Shown piece by piece: positions 28,005-38,458 of a DNA stretch of 64,000 nucleotides. This DNA is from an uncultured Oscillospiraceae bacterium. Lineage in GTDB: Bacteria > Bacillota > Clostridia > Oscillospirales > Oscillospiraceae. The notes under the pieces were generated by a model. That model ran no database searches, was not told the origin of the DNA, and worked only from the letters and a program-made list of their open reading frames with translations. The first letter of the stretch is position 1. Every line of letters starts with the position of its first letter. The stretch is taken from positions 8,864 through 72,863 of the forward strand of contig CALXDM010000007.1 of NCBI GenBank assembly GCA_944387065.1. The letters run 5' to 3'. Position numbers and translations under genes: made by a program.

Positions 28005-29288
28005 TTACTTGCGTTGCGCCACTTCATGCCGGCCCGGCCCGGTGGACACCAGGGTGATGGGCACCCCGATGCGCCCCTCCAAGAAGTCCACATAGGCCCT
28101 GGCCTGGGCGGGCAGGGCAGCGTAGTCCGTCACCCCCCGCACGTCCTGCTTCCAGCCGGGCAGCCTCTCAAAGACCGGCTTGGCCCGCAACAGCTCCGGG
28201 GTGGTGGGAAAGCGGTCGGTGACCACCCCGTCGATCTCATAGCCCACGCACACCGGGATCTCATCCAGGTAGCCCAGCACGTCCAAACAGGTCAGGGCCA
28301 CCTGGGTTGCCCCCTGCACCATGCACCCGTACTTGGTGGCCACCGTGTCAAACCACCCCACCCGCCGGGGCCGCCCGGTGGTGGCGCCGTACTCTCCCTT
28401 ATCTCCTCCCCGGCGGCGCAGCTCCTCACCCTCTGGTCCGGTCAGCTCGCTCAGGAAAGGCTCTGTGCTGGAGCCTACGCTGGAGGAGTATGCCTTGGTC
28501 ACGCACAGCACCTCTTGGATGGAAGTGGGGGGAACCGGGGCGCCCACACAGCCGAATCCGGCCAAGGTGTGGGAGGAGGTGGTCATGGGGAAGATACCCA
28601 GGTCTGGGTCCTTCATGGCCCCCAGCTGCCCCTCCAACAGCACCCGCTTGCCCTGGCCCAGGGCCTGGTGGAGGAAACCCACCGCATCCCCCACATAGGG
28701 GCGGATCAGCTCCCGGTACTCCAGCAGCTGCCCGTATAGCTGCTCCACGTCCAGCGGAGGCTGGTGATACAGGTGCTGGAACAGCACGTTCTTTACCTCC
28801 ACCGCCCGCTCCAGCCGCTCCCGCAGGCGCGCCTCGTGGTACAGGTCGCACACCTGGATACCCATCTTGGCGTACTTGTCGGAGTAAAAGGGGGCAATGC
28901 CGCTCTTGGTGGAGCCAAAGGCCCGGCCCCCCAGCCGCTGCTCCTCATAGGCGTCTTGCAGGCTGTGGTAGGGCATGAGGATCTGGGCCCGCTGGGATAC
29001 GATCAGGTTGGGCGCCGGAACCCCCTGCTCAGCCAGGCCGTTCAGCTCCTGGGCCAGCCGGGCGATGTCCAGGGCCACGCCGTTTCCAATGACGTTTGTC
29101 ACATGGGGATAAAAGATTCCCGAGGGCAGGATATGCAGGGCAAAGCGTCCATGCTCGTTGAGGATGGTGTGCCCCGCGTTGGCTCCCCCCTGGAAGCGGA
29201 CCACCACGTCTGACTGCTCTGCCAGCAGATCGGTGATCTTTCCCTTCCCCTCGTCTCCCCAGTTGGCGCCCACGATTGCTGTTACCAT
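28005..29288 (-). CDS. purA: Adenylosuccinate synthetase
   Basis: GANWGDEGKGK, GGANAGHT, EGQLG, GATTGRPRRVGW, LTCLDVL. Confidence 0.97.
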   Translation of the reverse strand: MVTAIVGANWGDEGKGKITDLLAEQSDVVVRFQGGANAGHTILNEHGRFALHILPSGIFYPHVTNVIGNGVALDIARLAQELNGLAEQGVPAPNLIVSQRAQILMPYHSLQDAYEEQRLGGRAFGSTKSGIAPFYSDKYAKMGIQVCDLYHEARLRERLERAVEVKNVLFQHLYHQPPLDVEQLYGQLLEYRELIRPYVGDAVGFLHQALGQGKRVLLEGQLGAMKDPDLGIFPMTTSSHTLAGFGCVGAPVPPTSIQEVLCVTKAYSSSVGSSTEPFLSELTGPEGEELRRRGGDKGEYGATTGRPRRVGWFDTVATKYGCMVQGATQVALTCLDVLGYLDEIPVCVGYEIDGVVTDRFPTTPELLRAKPVFERLPGWKQDVRGVTDYAALPAQARAYVDFLEGRIGVPITLVSTGPGRHEVAQRK

Positions 29289-29374
29289 TGTCGTTACCTC
29301 CGCGGCCCGGGATTCGCAACCGCCTGTGCGGGTTTGCCTTTTCCGCCGCTGCCCGCTGCCCACGCAGCCTTTCT

Positions 29375-29403
29375 ATTATAGCCGCTTCCACCGGGAAAAG
29401 CAA
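29375..29403 (-). promoter_or_regulatory. sigmaA promoter of purA
   Basis: TTGCTT-N17-TATAAT. Confidence 0.65.
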
Positions 29404-29494
29404 CCTCCTTATCTGCCCTCCGTGCCTTTTTGACCGGATAGAAAAAATACAGGAGGGCGCCCCATCGGACACCCTCCTCGCTGCTATGAGATAC

Positions 29495-30223
29495 TCACCC
29501 CTGCTCCCAGTTGTGCCAGACATTCTGCACGTCGTCGTTCTCCTCCAACAGGTCGATGAGTTTCTCCATGTTCTGCACATCTTTTGGATCGGTAAGGGTC
29601 ACGTCGTTCTGGGGAACCATCTCCACCTTGGCCGACAGGAACGCGTAACCCTTCTCCTCCATGGCGGCCAGCACCTTGGCAAAGTCCTCCGGCGCGGTAT
29701 AGACGGTGAAGTACTCGGCCTGGGCCTGGAAGTCGGCCGCGCCGCAGTCCAGCGCGTCCATCATCACCGTGTCCTCCTCCAGGTCCTCCCGCTCAATGAC
29801 CAGCACGCCCTTCTGGTCAAAGGACCAGGAGACGCAGCCGGTGGCCCCCAGGTTGCCGCCGTACTTGTCAAAGAGGTGGCGCACCTCGGACGCAGTGCGG
29901 TTGCGGTTGTCGGTGAGGGCCTCCACGATGACGGCCACCCCGCTGGGGCCGTATCCCTCGTAGGTAATGGCCTCGTAGTCACTGGAATTGCCCGAACCCA
30001 GCGCCTTCTCAATGGTGCGCTTGATGTTGTCGTTGGGCATATTGGCCGCCCGGGCCTTGGCCACCACGGTGGCCAGACGAGCATTGTTATTCGGGTCCCC
30101 GCTTCCGCCGGCCTTGACCGCCACGATGAGCTCCCGGGCCAGCTTGGTGAAGATCTGCGAGCGCTTGGCGTCCGCCGCCCCCTTGGTCTTTTGGATATTA
30201 TGCCACTTGGAATGTCCTGACAT
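29495..30223 (-). CDS. YebC/PmpR family protein
   Basis: MSGHSKW, YEGYGPSGVA, TDNRNRT, DDVQNVWHN; promoter TTGCAA-N17-TATAAT at 30284-30312. Confidence 0.96.
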   Translation of the reverse strand: MSGHSKWHNIQKTKGAADAKRSQIFTKLARELIVAVKAGGSGDPNNNARLATVVAKARAANMPNDNIKRTIEKALGSGNSSDYEAITYEGYGPSGVAVIVEALTDNRNRTASEVRHLFDKYGGNLGATGCVSWSFDQKGVLVIEREDLEEDTVMMDALDCGAADFQAQAEYFTVYTAPEDFAKVLAAMEEKGYAFLSAKVEMVPQNDVTLTDPKDVQNMEKLIDLLEENDDVQNVWHNWEQG

Positions 30224-30322
30224 TGCCTGATCGTTCCCTTCGTTTCTGGTGTTCTCTCGGATGGGGCAAAATCTGCGGGAACGATTATACCATAGCCCCC
30301 AGCCCATTGCAAGGGGGACGGC

Positions 30323-31015
30323 TCACCCCTGCGCCTGCGCCCCAGGAGCATACAGCTCCTCCCGCCGGACCGCCCCCTGCTCCCAGAGCAGGGCCAGCAG
30401 CTGCTGGTCCCACGCCTGGGGCAGCGCCCGGCCCTGGGCGGCCAAGCGCAGCCCACCCAGCTCCGGCTGACCATACAGGCACAGCACCCGCCCCTGACCC
30501 CGCTCCCCCGGCCCAAAGGACGCCGTCACGTCCGCCGGCCCCTCTGGAGGGGACACCGGCAGCCCATACTGCTGATGGAGCCAGCGGGCATAGTCCTCCC
30601 CCTCCCCGGGCACTTGGATGCGCAGGGTGCGCACCAGGGGACACAGCCGCTGGGCAGCCCGGCGCAGCTCAGGGCACAGCCAGGGCCCATGCAGGGTCAC
30701 GGCCCCCTGTTTGGGGGCTACCCCATCCAGGCGCAGCCCCTCCAGCACCAGCACGTCGGCCACTGCCCGATAGAAGGGAAGGGTGTCCACCGGGCGCAGA
30801 CGGGTCAGCCCGGAAAATCCCTCCGGCACGACCACCCGGCCCACACCCACTCCCCGCAGCTGCCGCTCCAGACGGGCCAGCCGGCGTCCGGCCCGCCGCT
30901 GGGACAGGCCAGGGGGAAGATAGAGCACCCCTGTCATCAGACTCAGTCCGGCCAGGTACTCCACCTGTATCCTGCCCCTTCCCTTTTCCTCTCGGATTAT
31001 GATCCGCCCTACCAT
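30323..31015 (-). CDS. Hypothetical protein
   Basis: SD ggaggtg before ATG 31015; long ORF with host-like codon usage; no recognised motif. Confidence 0.6.
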   Translation of the reverse strand: MVGRIIIREEKGRGRIQVEYLAGLSLMTGVLYLPPGLSQRRAGRRLARLERQLRGVGVGRVVVPEGFSGLTRLRPVDTLPFYRAVADVLVLEGLRLDGVAPKQGAVTLHGPWLCPELRRAAQRLCPLVRTLRIQVPGEGEDYARWLHQQYGLPVSPPEGPADVTASFGPGERGQGRVLCLYGQPELGGLRLAAQGRALPQAWDQQLLALLWEQGAVRREELYAPGAQAQG

Positions 31016-31168
31016 CGTCCCACCTCCCTCCAGGCTATGAGGAGGCCAGGGCAAAGATTCCGTTGCATTTCCCAGGGAAACTGATATAATAGGGGCTGCT
31101 ACGCGGGGATGGCGCCTCTCCCCCCAGTTGACTACCCCCGCCGCCACATTGGGCATATGGAGGTTCCG

Positions 31169-32005
31169 ATGGCCATCAAGATCACATCTGACAGCACCTG
31201 CGACCTGCCCCAGACACTGCTGGAGCGCTATGACATTACCCTGGCACCCCTGTACATCACCCAGGACGGCGCCACCCGCCGGGACGGGGTGGATATCCAT
31301 CCCCAGGACATCTTCGACCACGTGGCCGCCGGGGGCGGCCTGCCCACCACGTCGGCGGTGAACATTGCCGACTACCAGTCCCTATTTGCCCAGTACGCCC
31401 AGAGCTATGAGGCGGTGATCCACTTCAACATCGGCCAGCACTTCTCCGCCTGCCACCAGAACGCGGTGCTGGCCGCCCAGGACTTTGACAACGTCCATGT
31501 GGTGGACAGCCGCAACCTGACCATGGGCCAGGGCCTGTTGGTGCTGGAGGCGGCCCAGGCCGCCCAGCGGGGGATGGCCGCTCCGGACATCGTAGCCCTG
31601 GTAGAGGACCTGCTGGACAAGGTGTCCACCACCTTTGTGGTAGACCGGCTGGACTACCTGGCCAAAGGGGGACGCTGCTCCTCGGTGGTAGCCCTGGGGG
31701 CCAACTTACTCAAGCTCAAGCCGTGCATCATCCTGGCCGACGGTCGGATGAGCGTGGGCAAAAAGTACCGGGGCAGCTTTGACAAGGTATTGCTGGACTA
31801 TGTCCGGGATCAGCTGGAGCCAGGGGACTACCGCCCGGACCGGTGTGTCATCGTCAGCGCCGCCTGCCGGCCGGAGACGGTGGCGGCGGTGCGCGCCCTG
31901 GTGGAGGGGTATGGCTTCGGGGAGATCCTGGAGGGTCAGGCCGGCTGCACCATCTCCGCCCACTGTGGGCCCAACACCCTGGGGGTGTTGTTCCTGCGCC
32001 GGTGA
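31169..32005 (+). CDS. DegV family fatty-acid-binding protein
   Basis: ITSDSTCDL, PTTSA, VVDSR, LDYLAKGGR, ISAHCGP; promoter TTGCAT..TGaTATAAT at 31063-31090. Confidence 0.95.
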   Translation: MAIKITSDSTCDLPQTLLERYDITLAPLYITQDGATRRDGVDIHPQDIFDHVAAGGGLPTTSAVNIADYQSLFAQYAQSYEAVIHFNIGQHFSACHQNAVLAAQDFDNVHVVDSRNLTMGQGLLVLEAAQAAQRGMAAPDIVALVEDLLDKVSTTFVVDRLDYLAKGGRCSSVVALGANLLKLKPCIILADGRMSVGKKYRGSFDKVLLDYVRDQLEPGDYRPDRCVIVSAACRPETVAAVRALVEGYGFGEILEGQAGCTISAHCGPNTLGVLFLRR

Positions 32006-32018
32006 CGGTTTTGCCACG

Positions 32019-32057
32019 GGAAACGGCCCGCCGCAGTTTCTGCGGCGGGCCGTTTCC
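32019..32057. terminator. Bidirectional terminator
   Basis: Perfect 18-bp stem ggaaacggcccgccgcag / ctgcggcgggccgtttcc. Confidence 0.7.
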
Positions 32058-32062
32058 TCGCT

Positions 32063-33226
32063 CTATTCCACTTCCTCCAGCAGCAGCTCTATGGCCACCT
32101 GGAGCTGGTTGTCCTCCGTCTCCGACCGCTCCAGCTCCACGTCGGGGACAATGCCCACGCCGATCAGGGAATTGCCCTGCCCAGTGCAGTAGGTGGCGGT
32201 GGATAGCCCCAATCCGCCCCCGTTACTCAGGGAAAATGTGATCTGGGAGTAGCCCTTGCCCGAGGTGCGCTCACCCACCACCGGGGAGTCCTGAAACTCC
32301 TTCAGCTCGGCGGCCAGCAACTCCGCCGCGGAATAGGTGTTGGCGTTGACCAGGGTGACCACGGGCAGCGCCACACAGTCCGCGTCCGACTGGTAAACCG
32401 TCGCCGCTCCCCAGCGGGGATTGTGCTGGAACACCGGCCCCTCGGGCAGCAGGTAGTCCAGGATGGATGTCAGCTCGTTGATGTAACCGCCCGGGTTGTT
32501 CCTCAGGTCAAGGATCAGCCCCCGTGCTCCCTGCTCAAGCAGCGCCGCCACTTCCTCCCGGAAGCTGTCCGCCGCACCGGAGTAGAAGTTGGTCAGCTGC
32601 AGGTAACCGATCTCCCCCTCCAGCAGCTCCCCCGCGGCAGAGGGGGTTTGCAGGGCGGCCCGGGTGCAGGTCACCGTGCGGCTAGCCCCATCCTCCCCCA
32701 GCAGGGTGAGCTCCACCTGGGTCCCCTCCTCGCCGGTAATCCGCTGGCTGCCCTGCTCCCGGCCCTCGCCGGCGATGGATTCCCCATCCACCGCGGTGAT
32801 CACGTCCCCGGCCACCACGCCCGCCTGCTGGGCGGGGCCGCCCTCGGTGACCGACAGCACCAGCAGACCCTCCTCCCGCTGCTGTGGGTCCACCGTCACA
32901 CCGATGCCCACATAGTGGTTGGCCCGGCGCTGCTGGGTCTGGACATAGTCCTCCCCTTCCAGATAGTAGGACCAGCGGTCCCCCAGCCCATCCACCAGGC
33001 CGTTCAGGGCCTGGTGGGCCGCCTCCCCCAGGTCGGCCTGGGGGTCTACAAAGGCGAAGCGGGCCAGCAGCCAGCCCTCCACCAGGGCGATCCCATTCCT
33101 CCCCAACAGCAGGCACCAGCCGGTGGTGGACACCGCCAGGGTGAGCACCACCGCGATGAGGATCTTACTCCAACCGGGTAGGCGCAGCCGCCGGCCCTGC
33201 CGCTTCTTCACCAGTTGCTCGTCCAT
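32063..33226 (-). CDS. S41 C-terminal processing peptidase (CtpA-like, PDZ)
   Basis: YVGIG, LDLRNNPGG, TYSAAE, GERTSGKG, GIVPDV; N-terminal TM. Confidence 0.92.
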   Translation of the reverse strand: MDEQLVKKRQGRRLRLPGWSKILIAVVLTLAVSTTGWCLLLGRNGIALVEGWLLARFAFVDPQADLGEAAHQALNGLVDGLGDRWSYYLEGEDYVQTQQRRANHYVGIGVTVDPQQREEGLLVLSVTEGGPAQQAGVVAGDVITAVDGESIAGEGREQGSQRITGEEGTQVELTLLGEDGASRTVTCTRAALQTPSAAGELLEGEIGYLQLTNFYSGAADSFREEVAALLEQGARGLILDLRNNPGGYINELTSILDYLLPEGPVFQHNPRWGAATVYQSDADCVALPVVTLVNANTYSAAELLAAELKEFQDSPVVGERTSGKGYSQITFSLSNGGGLGLSTATYCTGQGNSLIGVGIVPDVELERSETEDNQLQVAIELLLEEVE

Positions 33227-33349
33227 ATCCTTGGCCTCCTTGGCTTGGGTGATGTTCCCGGCTTGCCCGGGATGGCGAAGAGGCGCAGGCCGCGGCCTGC
33301 GCCTCTCATGGTGTCCGCGCCCTTTAGGCTCAGACACCCACTCCAGGAC

Positions 33350-34579
33350 TCAGCCGCCCTGGATGGGGTAGCCGCCCCAATAGAAGGTCATGCCGGGATA
33401 GAGGGACAGGGAATCCCCCAGGCCGCTGCCGATGCGCAGCTCAAAGTGCAGGTGATTGCCAGTGGAGTCCCCGGTGGTGCCCACATAGCCAATCACCTGG
33501 CCCTTGCTCACCATCTCCCCCTCGGACACGGTGGGCAAGCTATTCATGTGGGCGTACAGGGTGGAATAGCCGTTGCCGTGGTTGATGATGCAGTAGTTGC
33601 CGTAGGAGGCGTTGTACCGGGACACAGTGACCACACCGCTCTGGGCGGCCAGGATGGGCGTGCCGCCGGGGGCAGGGATGTCATTGCCTCGGTGGTTGTC
33701 CGAATAGCCGTAGATGGGGTGGGGTCGATAACCAAAGCGGGATGAGATGTTGTAGTAGCCGGGCAGGGGCCAGGCATACACCCCGTCGTTGCTCTGGTTG
33801 GCTTGAGCGATCTGTTGGGCGTACTTCTCCTCCGCCTCTTCCAGCGCCGCAGCGATCTCCTCCTCGGCTGCCGCCAGCCGCTGAGCCTTGGCCGCCAACT
33901 CCGCCTGCGTCTCGGCGATGCTGGCGTACAGCGCCTGGGCCTCCTGCCGCCGGGCATTCAGCTCCGCCTGCTGCTCCTCCAGCCCCTCCTGCACCAGCGC
34001 TTGGGCGTCCCGAGAGTCCTGGAGTTCGCTCCGGGCCTCGGACAGCTCCGCCTGGGTCTGCTCCAGCTGGGTGATGATCCGCTGGTTGTAATCCATAATA
34101 TCCAGAACCAGCATGGCGTAGTCCAGCATCTCAGAGAAGCTGGACGCCTCAAAGAAGACGGCCAGATAGGAAACAGGCCCCGTTTCCTCCAGCCAACGCA
34201 CCTGGGCGCAGAACTCCTCGTACTGCTCCGCCTCCTGGGCCTCCAGCTGGGCGATCTGCTCCTCCTGCTGGGCGATCTGTGCGTCATACTCGTCCAGCAG
34301 CAGCTGGCTGGCGGCGACCTGCTGCTCGGTGAGCACCAGCTGGGCCTGGATCAGCTCAACCTGCTCCTCCGCCTGGGTCAGATCGTCCTGGATGGCCTCC
34401 AGCTCGGCCTCCACGCTCTCCTTCTGCTGGCTGATGTCGTTGAGCTGGTTTTCCAGGTTGTCGATGTCGCTCTGGCTGATGGACGCCGCCGCCAGCATCC
34501 CCAGGGCGGGCACCAGCACGGAGGCCAGCATGGCCAGAGCCAGTACGATTACGATCACACGCTGCGTTTTCTTGTTCAT
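33350..34579 (-). CDS. Coiled-coil M23 peptidase (EnvC/CwlO-like FtsEX partner)
   Basis: Signal peptide, long coiled coil, HRGND, YAHM, HLHFE. Confidence 0.9.
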   Translation of the reverse strand: MNKKTQRVIVIVLALAMLASVLVPALGMLAAASISQSDIDNLENQLNDISQQKESVEAELEAIQDDLTQAEEQVELIQAQLVLTEQQVAASQLLLDEYDAQIAQQEEQIAQLEAQEAEQYEEFCAQVRWLEETGPVSYLAVFFEASSFSEMLDYAMLVLDIMDYNQRIITQLEQTQAELSEARSELQDSRDAQALVQEGLEEQQAELNARRQEAQALYASIAETQAELAAKAQRLAAAEEEIAAALEEAEEKYAQQIAQANQSNDGVYAWPLPGYYNISSRFGYRPHPIYGYSDNHRGNDIPAPGGTPILAAQSGVVTVSRYNASYGNYCIINHGNGYSTLYAHMNSLPTVSEGEMVSKGQVIGYVGTTGDSTGNHLHFELRIGSGLGDSLSLYPGMTFYWGGYPIQGG

Positions 34580-34592
34580 AGAAGCCTCCTTA

Positions 34593-35483
34593 TCAGACCT
34601 GCAGGAACCTGCGGATGGCCAGTCCCGAGCCGCACGCCCCAATGAGCGCGCCGGACAACAGGAAGATCCCCAGCACCGGCCACCCGATGGCCCCAAAGCG
34701 CATCAGGGGGAACATCCCCATGGCCCCGTTGACCTCCACCATCCGGTAGACGGCGGTGTAGATGCCCCATTGGGCCAGGAAGGCCACCAGCGCCCCCGCC
34801 AGCCCCAGCATCAGCCCTTCAAAGACAAAGGGCCAGCGGACAAAGCCGTCGGTGGCCCCGCACATCTTCATGATGGCGATCTCCTCCCGCCGGGTGAAGG
34901 TGGCCAGGCGGATGGTGTTGGAGATGATAAACAGGGATACCGCGGCCAGGATGACCACCAGGGCGGTGGCCAGGGCGGCTGCTACGTTGCGCACGGTGAC
35001 AAAGCCCCGTGCCAGCTCACCCATGGCCCGGATGTTCACCACCCCGGGCAGAGCCTCCACCGCCGCCACCGTCTGGTCAAACTGCTCTAAGTCCTCCACA
35101 TGGATGGACAGCCGGTCCCGGAACACCTCGTCGGAGATCTCGGCGTACAGCCCCTCATCCGCGTGCTCCCCCAGGTAGTCCTCCTTGGCCTGCTCCCGGG
35201 TGATAAAGGTGACGGAGAGCACATTGTCCACCTGGCTCACCTGGGCCTGGAGCTGGGCGATCTGCTGGTCGGTGTACGTCTCCTCGATGATGGCCAGAAA
35301 CTCGTTGTCATCCTCGGCCTGGCTGAGCATCCGCTCGGCGTTGATGGCCAGCAGGGCAAAGGAGCCCATGATGAGTAGACAGGCCACGATCATGCACACT
35401 GCGGCAAAGGACATCAGCCCGTGGGTGAAGATGCTGCCAAACCCCTCCCGGAGGAAGTAGCCCAGGTTAAACCGATTTTTCAT
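34593..35483 (-). CDS. ftsX: Cell division permease FtsX
   Basis: ISNTIRLATFTRREEIAIMKMCGAT..FVRWPFVFEG; four TM helices. Confidence 0.95.
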   Translation of the reverse strand: MKNRFNLGYFLREGFGSIFTHGLMSFAAVCMIVACLLIMGSFALLAINAERMLSQAEDDNEFLAIIEETYTDQQIAQLQAQVSQVDNVLSVTFITREQAKEDYLGEHADEGLYAEISDEVFRDRLSIHVEDLEQFDQTVAAVEALPGVVNIRAMGELARGFVTVRNVAAALATALVVILAAVSLFIISNTIRLATFTRREEIAIMKMCGATDGFVRWPFVFEGLMLGLAGALVAFLAQWGIYTAVYRMVEVNGAMGMFPLMRFGAIGWPVLGIFLLSGALIGACGSGLAIRRFLQV

Positions 35484-36159
35484 ACTGATAGTAGCCCCCC
35501 CGCTCGTCGCTGATCAGCGTGCCGTCCTGGATGGCCACCACCCGTTTGGAGAAGCGGTTGACCAGCTCCTTCTCGTGGGTGACCACCAGCATGGTGGTGC
35601 CCATGGAGTTGATGCGCTCCAGCAGCGTCATGATCTCCAGGGAGCGCTGGGGGTCCAGGTTCCCGGTGGGCTCGTCGGCGATGATCATCTCGGGGTTGTT
35701 GATCAGCGCCCGGGCGATGGCTACCCGCTGCTGCTCTCCCCCGCTCATCTGGTTGGGATAGACCTCCGCCTTATCCCCCAGCCCCACCAGGTCCAGAACG
35801 TAGGGGATGCGCCGGCGCATCTCTCGGGGCGTGGCGCCGATGATGCGCATGACAAACTCCAGGTTCCCCCGCACCGTTTTCTTCTCGATCAGCCGGAAGT
35901 CCTGGAAGATCACCCCCAGGGTGCGCCGCATATAGGGAACCTGCCAGCGGCGGATGTTGTTCAGGTTATAGCCGTTGACCATCACCCGGCCCGAGGTGGA
36001 GGCCACCTCTGCCGTGAGCAACTTGATGATGGTGGATTTCCCGGAGCCGGACGGCCCCACCAGAAAGACAAACTCCCCATCATCAATGCGCAGGTTGACG
36101 CCGTTGAGCGCCTTGGTGCCGTTGTCGTACTCCTTGCATACATCCATGAGCCGGATCAT
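35467..36159 (-). CDS. ftsE: Cell division ATPase FtsE
   Basis: GPSGSGKST, IFQDFRL, MSGGEQQR, ADEPTGNLD; perfect TTGACA-N17-TATAAT promoter at 36216-36244. Confidence 0.96.
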   Translation of the reverse strand: MIRLMDVCKEYDNGTKALNGVNLRIDDGEFVFLVGPSGSGKSTIIKLLTAEVASTSGRVMVNGYNLNNIRRWQVPYMRRTLGVIFQDFRLIEKKTVRGNLEFVMRIIGATPREMRRRIPYVLDLVGLGDKAEVYPNQMSGGEQQRVAIARALINNPEMIIADEPTGNLDPQRSLEIMTLLERINSMGTTMLVVTHEKELVNRFSKRVVAIQDGTLISDERGGYYQYEKSV

Positions 36160-36335
36160 GGAAGGCCCCCTTTGCAACCGTTTTGTCACTTATGCGCCCT
36201 GCGCTATGATTCTACATTATATCGGGTGATTCCCCTTGTGTCAACATAATCTCCCCTTATCTGGAAAACCCCCCAGCATCATTATGTCAACAGTCCTCCC
36301 TGCCACGGCTGAAAAAGAAACAACTGATTACAAAA

Positions 36336-36370
36336 CCGGCGCCGCCGCGCATATTGCGCGGCGGCGCCGG
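36336..36370. terminator. Hairpin after CdaR-like gene
   Basis: Perfect 16-bp stem ccggcgccgccgcgca / tgcgcggcggcgccgg. Confidence 0.55.
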
Positions 36371-36382
36371 AGGTCGGGCGCT

Positions 36383-37474
36383 TCAGGAGTCGATGCCACG
36401 GGACACCAGGTACTTCTTGACCATCAGGGCCACATTGAAGGTGATGGCGTCGTCAAACTCCCGCAGATCCAGGCCGGTGAGCTTCTTGATCTTCTCCAGA
36501 CGATAGACCAGGGTATTGCGGTGGACGAACAGCTTCCGGGCCGTCTCGGACACGTTCAGGTTGTTCTCAAAAAATTTGTTGATGGTGAACAGGGTCTCCT
36601 GATCCAGAGCGTCAATGGGGTTTTTCTTGAAAACCTCCTGGAGGAACATCTCGCACAGGGTGGTGGGCAGCTGATAGATCAGCCGGCCGATGCCCAGGTT
36701 CTCATAGTTGATGATAGAGCGCTCGCTGTCAAACACCTTGCCCACGTCGATGGCCACCTGGGCCTCCTTATAGGCCCGGGCCAGGTCCCGGACATGGTTG
36801 ACCACCGTGCCCACGCCCACCACCGTCTTCAGCCCCAGCTCCCGGTCCAGCGCCTCCTGAACAGCCTGGGCAATCTTCTGCACCTCCCGGGCGTCCGTCC
36901 CCTCCCCCAGCTGCTTGACCAGCGCCACATCCGTCTCGCTGATGGACAGCACATAGTCGCTTTGCCGGTCGGGGAACAGAGCGGAGATCACGTCCACAGC
37001 GGCCACATCTGGCGTGCCCAGCTGGCGGACCAGGATTACTGCCCGGGGGGCCTCAGAGACAAAGTGCAACTCCTTGGCCCGCACATAAATATCCCCCAAC
37101 AGGATGTTGTCGCACAGGATATTCTTGACGAAGGTAGCCCGGTCGTGCTTCTCTTCATAGTACGTCTTAGCCCCATTTAGGGCAATGGCCGCCATGGAGC
37201 ATATCAGTGTTGCCTGCTCATCCTGCCCCTTGGCAAAGGCAGCGTAGTCAAACTGGCCGTTCCAACCCGGCATGGCCTTAAACGTGTAACCATTGCTCAC
37301 CACAGGCGCGTCCTGCTCAGCGGCCAGCAGCGCGGGCACATTGCCCCACTTCTCTCCGATGCAGGGCAGGTCATTGCAGGCCACCACGGTACCCTGCTCG
37401 TCGATAACTCCCACAGCCCGGTCAGAGCAGTCTTTCATCTGCAGCACGATACTCTGGAAAATCCGGCTGGACAT
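36383..37474 (-). CDS. CdaR/PucR-family transcriptional regulator
   Basis: C-terminal LNVSETARKLFVHRNTLVYRLEKI HTH; promoter TTGAAA-N17-TATAAT at 37551-37579. Confidence 0.9.
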   Translation of the reverse strand: MSSRIFQSIVLQMKDCSDRAVGVIDEQGTVVACNDLPCIGEKWGNVPALLAAEQDAPVVSNGYTFKAMPGWNGQFDYAAFAKGQDEQATLICSMAAIALNGAKTYYEEKHDRATFVKNILCDNILLGDIYVRAKELHFVSEAPRAVILVRQLGTPDVAAVDVISALFPDRQSDYVLSISETDVALVKQLGEGTDAREVQKIAQAVQEALDRELGLKTVVGVGTVVNHVRDLARAYKEAQVAIDVGKVFDSERSIINYENLGIGRLIYQLPTTLCEMFLQEVFKKNPIDALDQETLFTINKFFENNLNVSETARKLFVHRNTLVYRLEKIKKLTGLDLREFDDAITFNVALMVKKYLVSRGIDS

Positions 37475-37623
37475 CGTTCCATTTCCCCTTTCTTCCCGCA
37501 CGGGCAGGGCCCGCCCTTCCGACGCGGGTGGACAAAGTTCCGGTAGGTTCATTATAGCCGCTTGTCTTGCCGATTTCAATAGTTTCTTTCAAATTTTTTG
37601 TGAATTTTGACAGAACTTTTGGT

Positions 37624-38328
37624 TCATTGCCCAAAAAGAGCCTGGATTTCCAGCTGGGTTAGTGCTCTCCAACCACCTTTCCCAAGCTCCTCGTCCAGGA
37701 TGAGAGGGCCAAAGCCCACCCGCTTGAGATAGCGCACAGGCTTACCCAGGGCCAACATCATCCGCTTGACCTGGTGGTACTTGCCCTCTTGGAGGGTGAG
37801 GTAGCCCCGGCCGCCCCCCTCCAGCAGTTCCAGCCGCCCGGGCAGGCATGCCAGGCCATCGGGCAGGGCCAGCCCTGCCGCCACCGCCCGGCAGTCCCCC
37901 TCATCCAGCACCCCGTCCACCTCCACATAGTAGACCTTGTCCACATGGCTGCGGGGGGAGAGCAGCCGGTGGGCCAACGGCCCGTCGTTGGTCAGCAGGA
38001 GCAGCCCCTCCGTATCCTTGTCCAACCGGCCCACAGGGAACAGCCCCATGCGCCGGTAACGCTGGGGCAGCAGGTGGAGCACCGTCTCCTGCCCGGCGTC
38101 CCGGGTGGCTGAGATCAGGCCGGCAGGCTTGTACAGCATCAGGTAGACTGGGCCCGCCCCGCCGATGTCCGTCCCGTCCACCCGCACTGGCGCCTGCCCA
38201 TCCACCTTTTGCTCTGGGGCCCGGCACACCTGGCCCGCCACCTCCACCCGGCCGGCGCGGATCAGCTGCCTGGCCTGCTTCCGGCTCCACCGGCCGGTGT
38301 CGGCCAGCCGCTTGTCCAGCCGCTGCAT
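37624..38328 (-). CDS. RsuA-family pseudouridine synthase
   Basis: RLDK S4 domain, YKPAG, GRLDKDTEGLLLLTNDG, EGKYHQVKRM. Confidence 0.93.
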   Translation of the reverse strand: MQRLDKRLADTGRWSRKQARQLIRAGRVEVAGQVCRAPEQKVDGQAPVRVDGTDIGGAGPVYLMLYKPAGLISATRDAGQETVLHLLPQRYRRMGLFPVGRLDKDTEGLLLLTNDGPLAHRLLSPRSHVDKVYYVEVDGVLDEGDCRAVAAGLALPDGLACLPGRLELLEGGGRGYLTLQEGKYHQVKRMMLALGKPVRYLKRVGFGPLILDEELGKGGWRALTQLEIQALFGQ

Positions 38329-38458
38329 CCCCTCTCCTCCTTCCGTCCGGACAACCCATGGCGCCCCAAGTTTCTTCCTCCCCGGTAAACATATCTCCCG
38401 CCCCATCCACATAGGTATCACTATACCCCAACCAATTTGCGAAACGGAGTGGTGCGGC

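Noticed and set aside
29295-29345. c-di-GMP-I (GEMM)-like motif in purA leader (GGCAAACC...)
   Set aside because: The loop is not GNRA, GACGCAAAG and the tetraloop receptor are missing, and there is no expression platform.
36239-36292. WalR-type box upstream of ftsE (tgtcaaca twice)
   Set aside because: Spacing does not fit TGTWAH-N5-TGTWAH, and one copy is simply the -35 element.
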